The notes below the pieces were generated by a model. The model saw only the letters and a program-made list of their open reading frames with translations. It did no database searches and was not told the origin of the DNA. The translations under genes and the position numbers were made by a program. Positions 23,232 to 35,270 of a DNA stretch of 64,000 nucleotides are shown here, piece after piece. Origin of the DNA: Raja brachyura (lineage: Eukaryota); assembly GCA_963514005.1 (NCBI GenBank), contig OY740810.1:17236001-17300000 (forward strand), read 5' to 3'. How positions within the stretch are numbered: position 1 is the stretch's first letter; the number at the start of each line of letters is the position of its first letter.

Positions 23232-23590
23232 CTAGACCAAGTAGGACGTGTTGGGCCCCATTCCCCTAACGTAATATTCCAGCAAACTGCGCAGGCGCGG
23301 CTGACGGGTTCCCATTGTGACGCGAGTCACGGCAACACTCCCCAACTGTGCCTTATTCATCCCCCAGCACTCCCTCCTCCTCCCTCTTCTTTCCCCTCCT
23401 CCCCTCCCTCTCCTTTCCACTACCCTCAGTCACTACCACCTCCCTCCCCTTCCTACCCCCCTGGACATCATTGTGAGGTGGAACGCTGCTGTGTGTTTTA
23501 AAACTGTGTTTTTAAAAAAATGTGAATGAGATCCCATTGTGATGTAATTGTGGGATGGAACACTGCTAACGTAGGGCAAGCGGAAAAAAA
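23232..23590 (-). mobile_element. Helitron-like 3' fragment
   Basis: Minus strand ends in a degenerate hairpin plus TTGGTCTAG|T, like the end of the 52155-53027 element. 5' boundary uncertain. Confidence 0.45.
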
Positions 23591-24049
23591 CCTCCTCTGC
23601 ACGAGGGAAAACATACCCAGTATCTCTTAATTAATGCAATATTGCATCTCAGGTAACATCCTAGTGAGTCTTCTCTGTACCCTGTCCAGCACCATCAAAT
23701 CTTTCCTAGAGTGTGGTGACCATAACTGCATGCTGTACTGTAACTGACCAATGTTTGTGAGAGTTGGAGCTTAACCTCGTGTATTAAATGCGCCAACAAA
23801 TGAAGGCCAATAATTCTATACGCCTTAGCCATGTTATGTGCCTGTACTACCACCTTCAAGGATCTATGCAAGAATCTTGCATGCCAGGACGAGAAATGTA
23901 TAGATACATTGCTAAAGTTAGAATAACAGGTTTCAAAAAGGCCATTTAAAAAACAATTGCGTATTTGATTTCATTTTTGAATAGTCTTTATCACCATAAA
24001 TCTTGGACTAAAATAAAGCAACCAGTAAAGTAGTCTGCTGCTTTATGTA

Positions 24050-25615
24050 CAGTGCATTCAGTAGGTATTCAGACCCCTTCATTTTTTCCACATTTTGTTA
24101 CTACAGCCTTATTCTAAAATTGATTAAATTATTGTTTTAAATTATCAATTTACACACAATACCCCATAATAAAAAAGCAAAAACAGGTGTTTAGAAATGT
24201 TTGCAAAGTGATTAAAAATAACTACTGAAATAAGTATTCAGACCCTTCGCTCAGTACTCTGTTGAGGCACCTGTGGCAGCAATTACAGCCTCAAGTCTTC
24301 TTGGGTATGATGCTACAAGCTTGGCACACCTGTATTTGGGTATTTTCTCCAATTCTTGTCTGCAGATCCTTTCAGTCTCTGTCAGGTTGGATGGGGAGCG
24401 TCGATGCACAGCTATTTTCAGGTCCCTCCAGAGATGTTTGATCAGGTTCAGGTCTGGGCTCTGGCTGGGCCACTCAAGGACATTCACAGACTTGTCATGG
24501 AGCCACTCCTGCGTTGTCTTGGCCGTGTGCTTAAGGTTGGTGTTCTGTTGGAAGGTGAACCTCCGCCCCAGTCTGAGGTCCAGAACGCTCTGGAGCAGGT
24601 TTTCATCGTCTCTCTCTACTTGTCCGGACTAGTCTCCCAGTTCCTGTCGCTGAAAAACATCCCCACAGCATGATGAAACATCCCCACACCATGCTTCACT
24701 GTATTGGCCAGGTGATGAGCGGTGCCTGGTTTCCTCCAGATGTGATGCTTGGCGTTCAGACCAAAGAGTTCAATCTTGGTTTCACCAGACCAGAGAATCT
24801 TGTTTCTCATGTCTTTTTCAAACTCCAAGCATGCTGTCATGTGCCTTTTACTGAGGAGTGGCTTCCGTCTGGCCGCTCTACCATAAAGGCCTGATCGGTG
24901 GAGTGCTGCCGATATAGTTGTTCTTCTGGAAGGTTCTCCCATCTCCACAGAGGAACTCTGGAGGTCTGTCAGTGACCATCGGGTTCTTGGTCACCTCCCT
25001 GACCAAGGCCCTTCTCCCCCATTTGCTCAGTTTGGCTGGGCAGCAGCTCTATGAAGAGTCCTGATGGTTCCAAAGTTCTTCCATTTAAGAATGACGGAGG
25101 CCACTGTGCTCTTCGGGAACTCCAATGCTGCAGAAATGGTTTTATACCCTTCCCCAGATCTGTGTCTCGACAATCCTGTCTCGGAAGCCTACAGACAATT
25201 GCTTTGTCTTCATGGCTTAGTTTTTGCTCTGACATGCTCTGTCCACTGTGGGACCTTATATAGACAGGTGGGTGCCTTTCCAAATCATGTCCAATCAATT
25301 TAATTTACCACTGGTGGACTCCAATCAAGTTGTTGAAAAATCTCATGGACAATCAATGGAAACAGGATGAACCTAAGCTCAACTTTGAGTGTCATAGCAA
25401 AGGGCCTGAATACTTATGTAAATGTGAAATTTCAGTTATTTCTTTTTAATTACTTTGCAAAAATTTCTAAACACCTGTTTTTGCTTCTTCATTCTGGGGT
25501 ATTGTGTGTAGATTGATGATAAAAATAATAATAATGTAATCCATTTTAAAATAAGGCTGTAACATAACAAAATGTGGAAAAAGTGAAGGGGTCTGAATAC
25601 TTTCTGAATGCACTG
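24050..25615 (-). mobile_element. Tc1 DNA transposon of a second family, both ends intact, defective
   Basis: TA|CAGTGCATTCAG...CTGAATGCACTG|TA with about 200-bp IRs. Transposase fragments GRAARRKPLL, KILWSGETKIELFG, WPSQSPDLN. Confidence 0.95.
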
Positions 25616-26839
25616 TAACTGCCTGGCCAGAGTCCTTCAAGGTGACATCTTGGTTTGTAACTGTTCACATGTTATTCTGTTCTCTTTTGTTTGTGCTTCA
25701 TTAATCTAAGTGTTGCGCAACGTAGAGTTAGAAATGGTTGGGAAATGCAGTTATTTCAGATGCATTTACTTTGCTCTCACCATTCTTTATTGAAGAAAAC
25801 CTGTAGGACATGAAATCGCACAGTTCCCAGATGAAGAGCAAGGTCTATTCAATTTGCTCCTCCCATCCTGGCTTGATGAAGTTTCATCTAATAAAACAGG
25901 TTGTTTCTAAGCATTAACTACACATCATTGGAGATCTTTGGGGACGTTACGCTAAGACATACATTGTGCCGTGACTAAATCATATTGGAAGAAATCCACT
26001 TGGAACCTCACAGAGCAGTGTAGTGATTTTTTGCGGCTGCTGTGGTTGATTTAAGTAATTTTCTTTTTACTCTGTTCCAACAGCTAGATTGTATGTTCAG
26101 CATCTCTTTCAAAAAACATGATCTTTTTGTTACTTTAAATCCTATATTTTATTTTGTAAGACATTTCCTCAAAACCATCCCCATTTCTTTCTTCCTGTTT
26201 TGTACTTCTGTAAATCTTCACGATGTTCATTCTGTTGCTTTTTCCTTCACCGGCATCTCCAGGGAATTTTGGGAATCTGTTCTCCAGCTGTTGCTGCTGC
26301 TTCATTTGCTCCTTGATGGGTTGGGAGGAGGGGAATAATTTACCTGGTAACTGTTGAAATCTGATTCCCTGGTGACTTCCAATCAACAAGGTCTCCTGTA
26401 CACTAACAACATTTGCCGACATTTACCTCCATTTTAGATTTTGTTCAATTACATGCTACATTTTATAGCTCATGTGAAATTAAGTACAGCACTGCTTCAG
26501 CTGCTTATAGGAGAGAACTTCATGAGCACAGTAAATTGTAACAGGAGTGTTCAGTTCTCATCCTTGCTATGCCGTTCTGATCATGGCTGATTTATTATCT
26601 CAGCTCCACCTCCCTGCACTAACATCTTATCTCTTGATTTCCTTAATATCAGACTATACCTTAAATTTTCTCAAGCCTCTGAGCCTCCACTGACCTGTTG
26701 GGTAAAATGTTATAACATCACAACCCATTGGTTGAAGAAATTTCTTGTGTCTGTCCTGAATGGCCAACGTCTTATTTTGGTTCATGTCACCCATGCCAGA
26801 GAAAATATTAAGAGTCCTTGACTATGTATTGTCTCTCAC

Positions 26840-27425
26840 CCACTCACCTCATGGACAAGACAACACCTCACCAGTCTTTGCATTCAATGCATCATCCTTT
26901 GTAATTTCTGTCAGCTTCAACAATATCCCACCATCAGACACATTGACCTCCCCTCCCCTTTCAGCATTTTAAAGGGATCATACCTTCTGCGACTCCTGTG
27001 TCCAGCCTTCTATTCCCACCAACCACTTCCTGTCTTGTGGTACTTTCTTATGTAACCACAGATGCTGCACGCCTGTATTTTGACCGTTTCTCTTCCCCTC
27101 ATCCAGGAACCAAATGGTCTTCCCAGGTGAAGCATCAATTTGCTTCTACTTTTTCTTATCAAGTGTATCACATTCTGTATCCACAATGTGGCTTACTCTG
27201 GATGGGAGAAACCGAATACAGACTGGGGCATCACTTTGTGCAGCATCAGCATTCAGTCCACAGGAGTGACTCTGAGCTTTTGGTTCCCTGCAAAATTAAT
27301 ACCCCATCCCCATCCCGCCTGACCTGTCTGTGGTCTTCTGTTGTAAGGCCAAATGTAAAATTGAAGAACTGCACCTCATCTTTTATCTGAGCATTTTTTG
27401 CTGGCTCCGTATTTAATGTTGAATT
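26840..27425 (+). mobile_element. Old Penelope-like GIY-YIG fragment
   Basis: Degenerate QCGLLWMGETEYRLGHHFVQH motif. Confidence 0.65.
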
Positions 27426-28801
27426 CTCACTCTTTTTGTAACAAAATGTATCATTTATGCCTGTTACCAGTTTTGTTCAGAGTGGTTATTGATACAGTCT
27501 TCCCTATTAGGCATGTCTCACAGCTTTGCTATTTATAACACTTGCACAGACAAAGAAGCATAATATGCTTTGAGCTGCCATTTTAATTCATTTGACCTCA
27601 TCCTATTAGAGATATTCCCTTTGTTCTACCCAACCCACATTGCTACTGTAAACTGTGTAGGAAAGAACTGCAGATGGTAGTTTAAATTGAAGGTAGACAC
27701 AAAATGCTGGAGTAACTCAAGTCTGGAGTAACTCAAGTCTGAAGGGTCTTGACCCGAAACGTCATCCATTCCTTCCCTCCAGAGATGCTGCATGTTCCGC
27801 TGAGATACTCCAGCATTTTTTGTCTGCCTTTGCTACTGTAAACAGACTTTTCTCCTTTACCAGTTCTGCGGAAGGATCCCAGGCCTGAACTGTTCATTGT
27901 TTCTCTTTCCAAAGATTCTGCCTGATTTGATGAGTGTTTCCAGCAATTTATCTTTTTATTTTGGATTCCAAGAATATGAAGTTTGATTTTCAAAGGAAAT
28001 ATTATCCTTGCCTTTATTCCTGTCAATCCCCATAAGAATACTGTATATTTTAATGAGATCATGTCTTATTTTTCTTAACTCCAGAGAATATAGGTGCAGT
28101 CTGCTTAATCTGTCTTTATGAAACATTCTCACTATCCTGGGAATTAATCTGGCAAACTTTTGTTACATTCTCCCTATTGCAAGTATATTCTCCCTTGTAG
28201 AAACAAGGAACTGCAGATGCTGGTTTACAAAAAAGTGCTGGAGTAACTCAGTGGGTCAAGCAGGATATCTGGAGAGCATTGATAGGTGACGTTTCTAGTT
28301 CTGCCCTGAAATGTAATCTATCCACGTTCTCCAGAGATGCTGGCTGACCCGCTGAGTTACTCCAGCATATCGTGTCTTCCTGTATTCATCCATGGGCAGA
28401 TATATTGGACTGGACCATAATATTCCACATCCTTTCGCACTTATGCTCTATATAATTGAAACACATTTTCACTCTTGTTCTCAAACCCCCTTGCAATAAA
28501 TGCCAGTATAGTTGACTTCCCGATCACTTGTTGAATCTGCATAATTCGGGCACAGTGATACCCACGTATCTGTGAACACCCTTCAATCACCGTTTAAAAA
28601 TAATTTATTTGTTCAACGAAATAGACAAATTCAGATTTTTCAACATTGCGTTCCATGTACTTGAACATTCACTTGATCTGTCTGTAACTCAATGAACTTC
28701 TATCTATTCTCCTCACAACTGGTACGTGAATCCCAGCTGTGTAATATCAAAAAACATTAACATATTACACTTAAGGACTTGTCCAATTCATTGATCATAA
28801 G

Positions 28802-30502
28802 TAAAGCCAGGATTTTGCCATAAATGCCTTTTTATGCCTGTTTTGATGATTTCACTAGGATAATGTCTTTTTCATGATCGAATGCCTAAATTAGTCTTTT
28901 TTTTGCCGTTTTGCTAAAAGGTTGTGCTATTTTCTCTAGTTGTAGCTTACAATGACGTTTTCTATGTTAACACGTTAATATTAATGGAGAGAATGAATAG
29001 GCGACGTTTCGGATTGAGACCCTAGAATGAGAGCTGGGGAGGAGGGAGGAGACCATGGCTATCTAAAATTAGAGAAGTCAATGTTAATACCATTGAGGTG
29101 TGGACTGTCCAAGCGAAATACCCAAGCTTGTCTCCTCACTACATTTACTGCTGGCTCCATTCGCAAACCTGAGTTTTCGATTGATCTGCGATTGATTCCA
29201 TTGTGGAAATTGGAAAACAATCAGCTCAGAGTTTTTTTAGAGAAATACACAGAGGAACATAGACCAAGCGAGTCATCATTACAGAAAAATTATGTTGACA
29301 GCAACTTCAACATTGTTGTGTAGAAAATTTGAGATGAAGTTGCATGCAACAAAATATGGATATCAATAGACGACACAACCAATGCTGTGGGGAGTTATGT
29401 TGCCAATGTGGTCATCGGTACACTGGAGGCAGGTCAACCATCAAAGTAGTATTTGTTGACATTGGAAGTATTGGAGAAGTCAAACAGCTCAACTATTGCT
29501 CAGTTGTTTACATCTTCACTTGCTGTACTTTGGCCAGAAGGAATAAAGCACGAGAATGTTCTTCTGTTTGTGACTTAAAGTTTTATTCCCCAAACTGTTG
29601 CATTTAACATGCTTAGCTCACGGACTTCATAGAATTGCCAAGCACACACGTAGCTTGTTTCCAAATGTCGATCGCCTAGTTTCCAATGTCCAGAAAATTC
29701 CCCTCAAAGCACTATCACGTGTGCAGTTGTTCAAGGAAATGGCACCCGAGATTCTGCTACCTCCTCAGCCCATTTTGACTAGGTGGGGTGCAGTACATGG
29801 TGGAGTGCAGTACATGGCTCTCTGCTGTACTGCACTCTGCTGCAAATTTTGAAAAGATAAAATAAATCGTCAACTGTTTTGAAGAAGAAGAATCTGCTGC
29901 AGTCAGGATCGTCAGCGAAATCATGCAGAAAAAGTCCCCCCCACCGCAATCTTGTGTTTATTGCTTCCAATTTTGCAAACTTCCCGCAAGCTATCACTTC
30001 CCTTGAGAAACGTGGTGAAATATTAGTGAATAACTTGCAGGTTTTCAACAAAGTAACTGACCATATTCGTAAAGTTCCTGGCGATGTTGGTAAAGACATA
30101 CAAGAAAAATGTGAGAGAGTGATTTTAGATCTTGAACAAATAGAAAACATAGCTAATGTTTTTAAAGGTAGTTGAAATGCACAAGATATCTACATGAATA
30201 TAGAGTCTGTAGCTTGTTTTGGGTATGCACCAGTGACCTCAGCTGAGGTAGAACTTTTTTCACAACTGAAGCATATTCTGTCTGACAAACGGCATAGATT
30301 AACATCAGATAATTTGAAAAAAGTGCTAGTAATTATGTGCAACCAGGCAACTTTGGTCATTTAATGTAGTATACCTTTATATTCTAATTTTAAACCATAT
30401 TTTGGTGGTGGAAATAAATGCCTTTTCGTGCCCTTTTTGTAATTTTATTATGCCTTTTTGCCTGCCATTTCAGTTTTTTAGTGCCTAAGTATCCTGGCTC
30501 TA
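28802..30502 (+). mobile_element. hAT-superfamily transposon with decayed CGGBP-related transposase
   Basis: 8-bp TSD ATCATAAG (28794 and 30503); TIRs TA(A/G)AGCCAGGAT. Fragments IPLWKLEN, IWISIDDTT, HLTCLAHGLHRIA, LPPQPILTRWG, YAPVTSAEVE. Confidence 0.85.
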
Positions 30503-32019
30503 ATCATAAGACGTAGGGGCAAAATTAGACCTTTTGGCCTATCGTTTGCTCCGCCATGACTGATCTATTTTTCCCTCTCAATCCCATTATCCTGCCTTCT
30601 CTCCATAAACTTTGACACCCTTACAAACCAAGGAACCTATCGATCTCTGCCTTTAAAATATCCAATGACTTTGCCATCTGTGGCATGAATTCCATAGATT
30701 TACCACTCACTGGAGGAAGAAATTCCTTCTCATCTTCATTCTAAAGTACATCCTTTTATACTGAGGCTGTGCCCTCTGGTCCTAGACTCTCCCACTACTG
30801 GAACATCCTCTCAATATCCACTCTGTCTAGGTCTTTCATTTTTCGGTAGGTTTCAATGAGATCCCCCCCCCCCCCCCCCCCCCCCCCCCATGCCTTCTAA
30901 GCTCCAGCGAGTGCAGGCCCAGAACCATCAAAAGATCTTTGTGGGTTTTGAGCATCTTGAGTCCAGCTCCTGTCCCTGTGGTTCCCCAGGGGTCACAATC
31001 TCCAACCTTAAAATTACAATTTATTTTCTTGATATTTTCCATCCTTATCTCCCAATCCCATGAACTCAGATTTTGTTTACAAACTTCTTGTGTGGCAATA
31101 AAGCCCTCTGAGAGTCCAAATGTGCCAGATTAACATATTCCCCTAACCTATTCTGCCGCTTAAAACTTCAAAAAATACCCTTTGTGATTGGTGCCATTTC
31201 CAGCAATTCCCAAATCTATCCCTCTCAAACACTTGCCAATAACTGTTCACCCCAGTAACAGCACCACTTTCCTCCCTGCCTCCATTTCACATTGTTGGAT
31301 GCAATTTATTCCCAATGACTTCCTGTTGGTGTACATCCTTAAATTTGTGCAACAACTTGGTTAATTTCCCTTCATTCATTCTGAGGTTTTCTTTTTGTAA
31401 GTCTGCACGTGTGTATTTATGCATTCTCTTCATCGGCTTCCAGAATTAGTCCAAAGTTCGTGTGGTCTAAAGTTTCTATTTCGAGTGTGAATGGGAGATT
31501 TTAAATTATGCAAGTTCTAAATATATTTAAGTGGAATATCAGTTTTGAACCTTGTAAAATGTTCCTTATATAAAATCCTTAAAACACTCAACAGATCAAG
31601 TAATATCTGAAAGAGAAAGTCAACTTTTTGGATCTGAGGCCCCAAGTCAGATTTTCATTGACTCCAGTGAGAGCCCAGTTATTGGTCAAACATCACAATG
31701 CTATAGAAAGGACGTGAATGAAGTGGAAAGAGTGCAGAGGAAATTTAACAGGACGTTGCCTGGGATGGATTGTTTCAATTATGGGGAGAGACTGGTTTGG
31801 TTTGTTTTCCTTACATTGGAGGAAGCTGAGGGGGGACTTGATAGACGTATACAAATTTATGAGGGGCATGGATACAGTGGATAGTTAGAAACTGTTCCCC
31901 ATAACAGATCAAAACCAGAGTGAAGAGGTTTGAGACGAGGAGTAAGAGGGTTGTAGATGATATGAGGAAAAATATTTTCACCCAGACGGTACTTGCAGTC
32001 TGGATTTGCTACCTGAGTG

Positions 32020-32311
32020 TTTCGTTTTAGTTTAGATATAGTGCGGAAAGAGACCCTTCGGTCCATCGAGACCGCACCTACCAGCGATCCCAGTACACTA
32101 ACACTATCCTACACACACTACAAACAACTTATACCAAGTCAACTTACGTACACACCTGTACGTCTTTGGAGTTTGGGAGAAAACCCATGCAGTCACAGGG
32201 AGAATGTACAAACTCCGTACAGACACCATCTGTAGTCGGGATGGAATACGGGTCTCTGGTGCTGCAAGTGCTGTAAGGCTAAAACACTACCGCTGTGCCA
32301 CCATGCTGCCC
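32020..32311 (-). mobile_element. tRNA-derived V-SINE (HE1-like) with CR1-type tail; older copies at about 34510-34850 and 42797-43043
   Basis: Minus strand begins GGGCAGCATGGTGGCACAGCGGTAG (A-box-like), has the V-domain GGAGTTTGTACATTCTCCCTGTG and a (CTAAA)n tail; short TSD tgagtg. Confidence 0.8.
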
Positions 32312-32344
32312 TGAGTGGTATCCTCTTAATAATCTAAATATCAA

Positions 32345-33982
32345 CAGTGCCCTCCATAATGTTTGGGACAAAGACCCATCATTTATTTATTTGCTTCTGT
32401 ACTCCACAAGTTGAGATTTGTAATAGAAAATAATCACATGTGGAGCACATTGTCAGATTTTATTAAAGGGCATTTTTTATACATTTTGGTTTAACCATGT
32501 AGAATTTACAGCTGTGTTTATACATAGTCGTCGTCCCCCCCTCCCCCCCCCCCTCCCCCCCCCCCTCCCCCCCCCCTCCCCCCCCCCCTCCCCCCCCCCC
32601 TCCCCCCCCCCTCCCCCCATTTCAGGGCGCCATAATGTTTGAGACACAAGGAGACGTTGCATTTGGAGATAATTGGGTTTGTCCTAATGGACAAATACGA
32701 ACTTTTTGAACAAATATGGTTTCCATTCATTGATTATTTAAAGGGGTAGCTGAGCTCAGCATTATAACTCAATAAGTACCCTGGTGTAGGATTAGATGAA
32801 AGGTATTCTGGGATTTGTATGCAGGTCTCTATAGATATTGTTATGTGAAATTGCTCCATTCATTGTTAAGATGTATTCTTTATTTTTTTATTATATAATA
32901 ATTGGGTTTTTTTCTTATTTGTTTATTTTTATAATTTTTTTAAATTTTTTTAAATTCTCTTTTATTTTTTTATTTTTCTCATATAATCATTATTATTTAA
33001 TCACCATCTCTTGATTATTGATCTATATTTTTACTTCTTTTACCATTTCTTTACTTTCCAAAAAAACAGAAGCATACATAAATTATCCCGTAACATCTGT
33101 ACAATTTTTGTAACAAGCTTAATTTGTATTTGAAGAATTATTATACTTTAGACAATATGCATTGCTGCTAATAAAAATATATTAAAAAAAATAAATAATA
33201 ATGTTTGAGACACATGGCTTCACAGGTCTTTGTAATTGCGCATGTGTGTTTAAATACCTCCTTAATGCAGGTATAAGAGAGCTTGCAGCGTCTAGTCTTT
33301 CCTCCAGTCTTTCCATCACCTTTGGAAACTTTTATTGCTGTTCATCAACATGAGGGCCAAAGTTGTGCCAATGAAAGTCAAAGAAGCCATTATGAGACTG
33401 AGAAACAAGAATAAACTTGTTAGAGACATCAGCCAAACCTTAGGCTTACCAAAATCAACTGTTTGGAACATCATTAAGAAGAAAGAAACCCCTGGTGAGC
33501 TTACTAATCGTAATGGGACTGGTAGCCAAGGAAGACCTCCACAGCTGATGACAGAATTCTCTATAATAAAGAAAAATCCACAAACACCTGTCCGACAGAT
33601 CAGAAACACTCTTCAGGAGTCAGGTGTGGATTTGTCAATGACCACTGTCCGCAGAAGACTTCATTAACAGAAATACAGAGACTACACTGCAAGATGCAAA
33701 CCACTGGTTAGCTTCAAAAATAGGATGGCCAGGTTACAGTTTTCCAAGAAGTACTTAAAAGAGCAACTACAGTTCTGGAAAAAGGTCTTGTGGACAGATG
33801 AGACAAAGATTAACTTCTATCAGAGTGATGGCAAAAGCAAAGTATGGAGGAGAGAAGGAACTGCCCAAGATCTAAAGCATACCACCTCATCTGTGAAACA
33901 CGGTGGTGGGGGTGTTATGGCCTGGGCATGTATAAAAAGGGCCTTTATTTAAATCTGACAATGTGTACTTTAACCACATGTG
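32345..33982 (+). mobile_element. Tc1 element of the 12473 family, internally deleted, with a nested L1 3' end
   Basis: Starts CAGTGCCCTCCATAATGTTTGGGAC. Transposase fragments at 33335-33930, then a jump into a partial right IR. Confidence 0.9.
32649..33197 (+). mobile_element. 5'-truncated L1 3' end
   Basis: 17-bp TSD ATAATGTTTGAGACACA (32632 and 33198). First about 100 bp match the ORF2 end at 49538-49636; AATAAA plus A-rich tail. Confidence 0.88.
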
Positions 33983-34949
33983 AATAGTGGCCAAGACGAA
34001 CTTGCATATTTTTTCTGAATATTTTCTTGATAACTTTTATGCCTATTTGAGCAGGCTGGTTGGGCCTGAGTTCAACAGTTGTGATGGAGCAGCATTCGAT
34101 CAGTACTACACAGGAATGCTAGGTTACACCAGGTGCTTAGGTTCTGGTGTGGAGGTCACATATGGGATCTTCTGACTTGGGCTAGAGTACTACCAGCTGA
34201 GCATCTCGGTTTCAGTCCTAGTGAGTGAACAACTGCAGCTGAAAACAAACTGTTTCTTCAGCGTGGCTGTTGTCCAAAATGGAAAAATCGCCTCAGCCAC
34301 CAGCACTATCCTTAAAACCTTATGCAGCCTCCACCATTGTGTTATGTGACTGTGGATGCCCACTTGATACAACTAAAGACCCAAGAATACTGTTTATCTT
34401 TCCCACTCAACTAAAGAGTGAAAATGATTGCTTGATCCAAGTGGGCACATGCTGGTACCTTCATTTTAATTAGCATATAAAGTGCCAGACTAAATATCCA
34501 CTAAAGAATCATAGAGATACCTGTATGGAAACCGGTCCTTTGGGCCACTAAGCACTGTTGACCATTAAGCACATATTTTTACACTAATCCTACCGTAACT
34601 CTATTTATTCTAACATGAATCCCTCGCCTCAGATTCCACTTATCTTTACACTAGGAACATTGTACAACCATCGATGTGAACCTACCAACGTGCATGTTTT
34701 TTGGATGTGGGAGGGAACTGGAGCAATTAGAGGAAACCCACATGGCCACAAGTACAACATACTGACTCCATGTACACAGCGTCGGAGGTTAGGATTGAAT
34801 CCAAGTCACGGGATCCATGAGGCAGTGGCTCTATTAGCTGTGCTATGATGCTTCAGTAAAAAATGTTCCTAGATCAAGTGTTGAGAAAAGTTTTTCTCTG
34901 ATCACTTGGTTCTGGTAAAGGTGGTTGAATGTGAATGAGAGCCAGTTGA

Positions 34950-35084
<135 letters not shown>

Positions 35085-35270
35085 TAAGTAAAGAAATTGC
35101 TGTTTCACCCTCTGTGAATCTCTTTTCCAAACACAAATTGCTTATAATTATCACGTAGTTGGTATTTTAAGTTGCTTACTAAGAATCTTTTTTAACCAAT
35201 TTGCATCACCAAATAAAATTGAGGAATTCAATTGATTGGTTTAAGTCTTAAGTCGAGTGATAAAAATGTA

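Noticed and set aside
26135-26422. 95-aa minus-strand ORF with a short Gln run
   Set aside because: No recognisable domain or convincing splice context; likely a chance ORF.
32535-32618. C-homopolymer-rich tract giving Gly-rich ORFs
   Set aside because: Expansion of the short C run in the Tc1 IR, possibly inflated by sequencing error.
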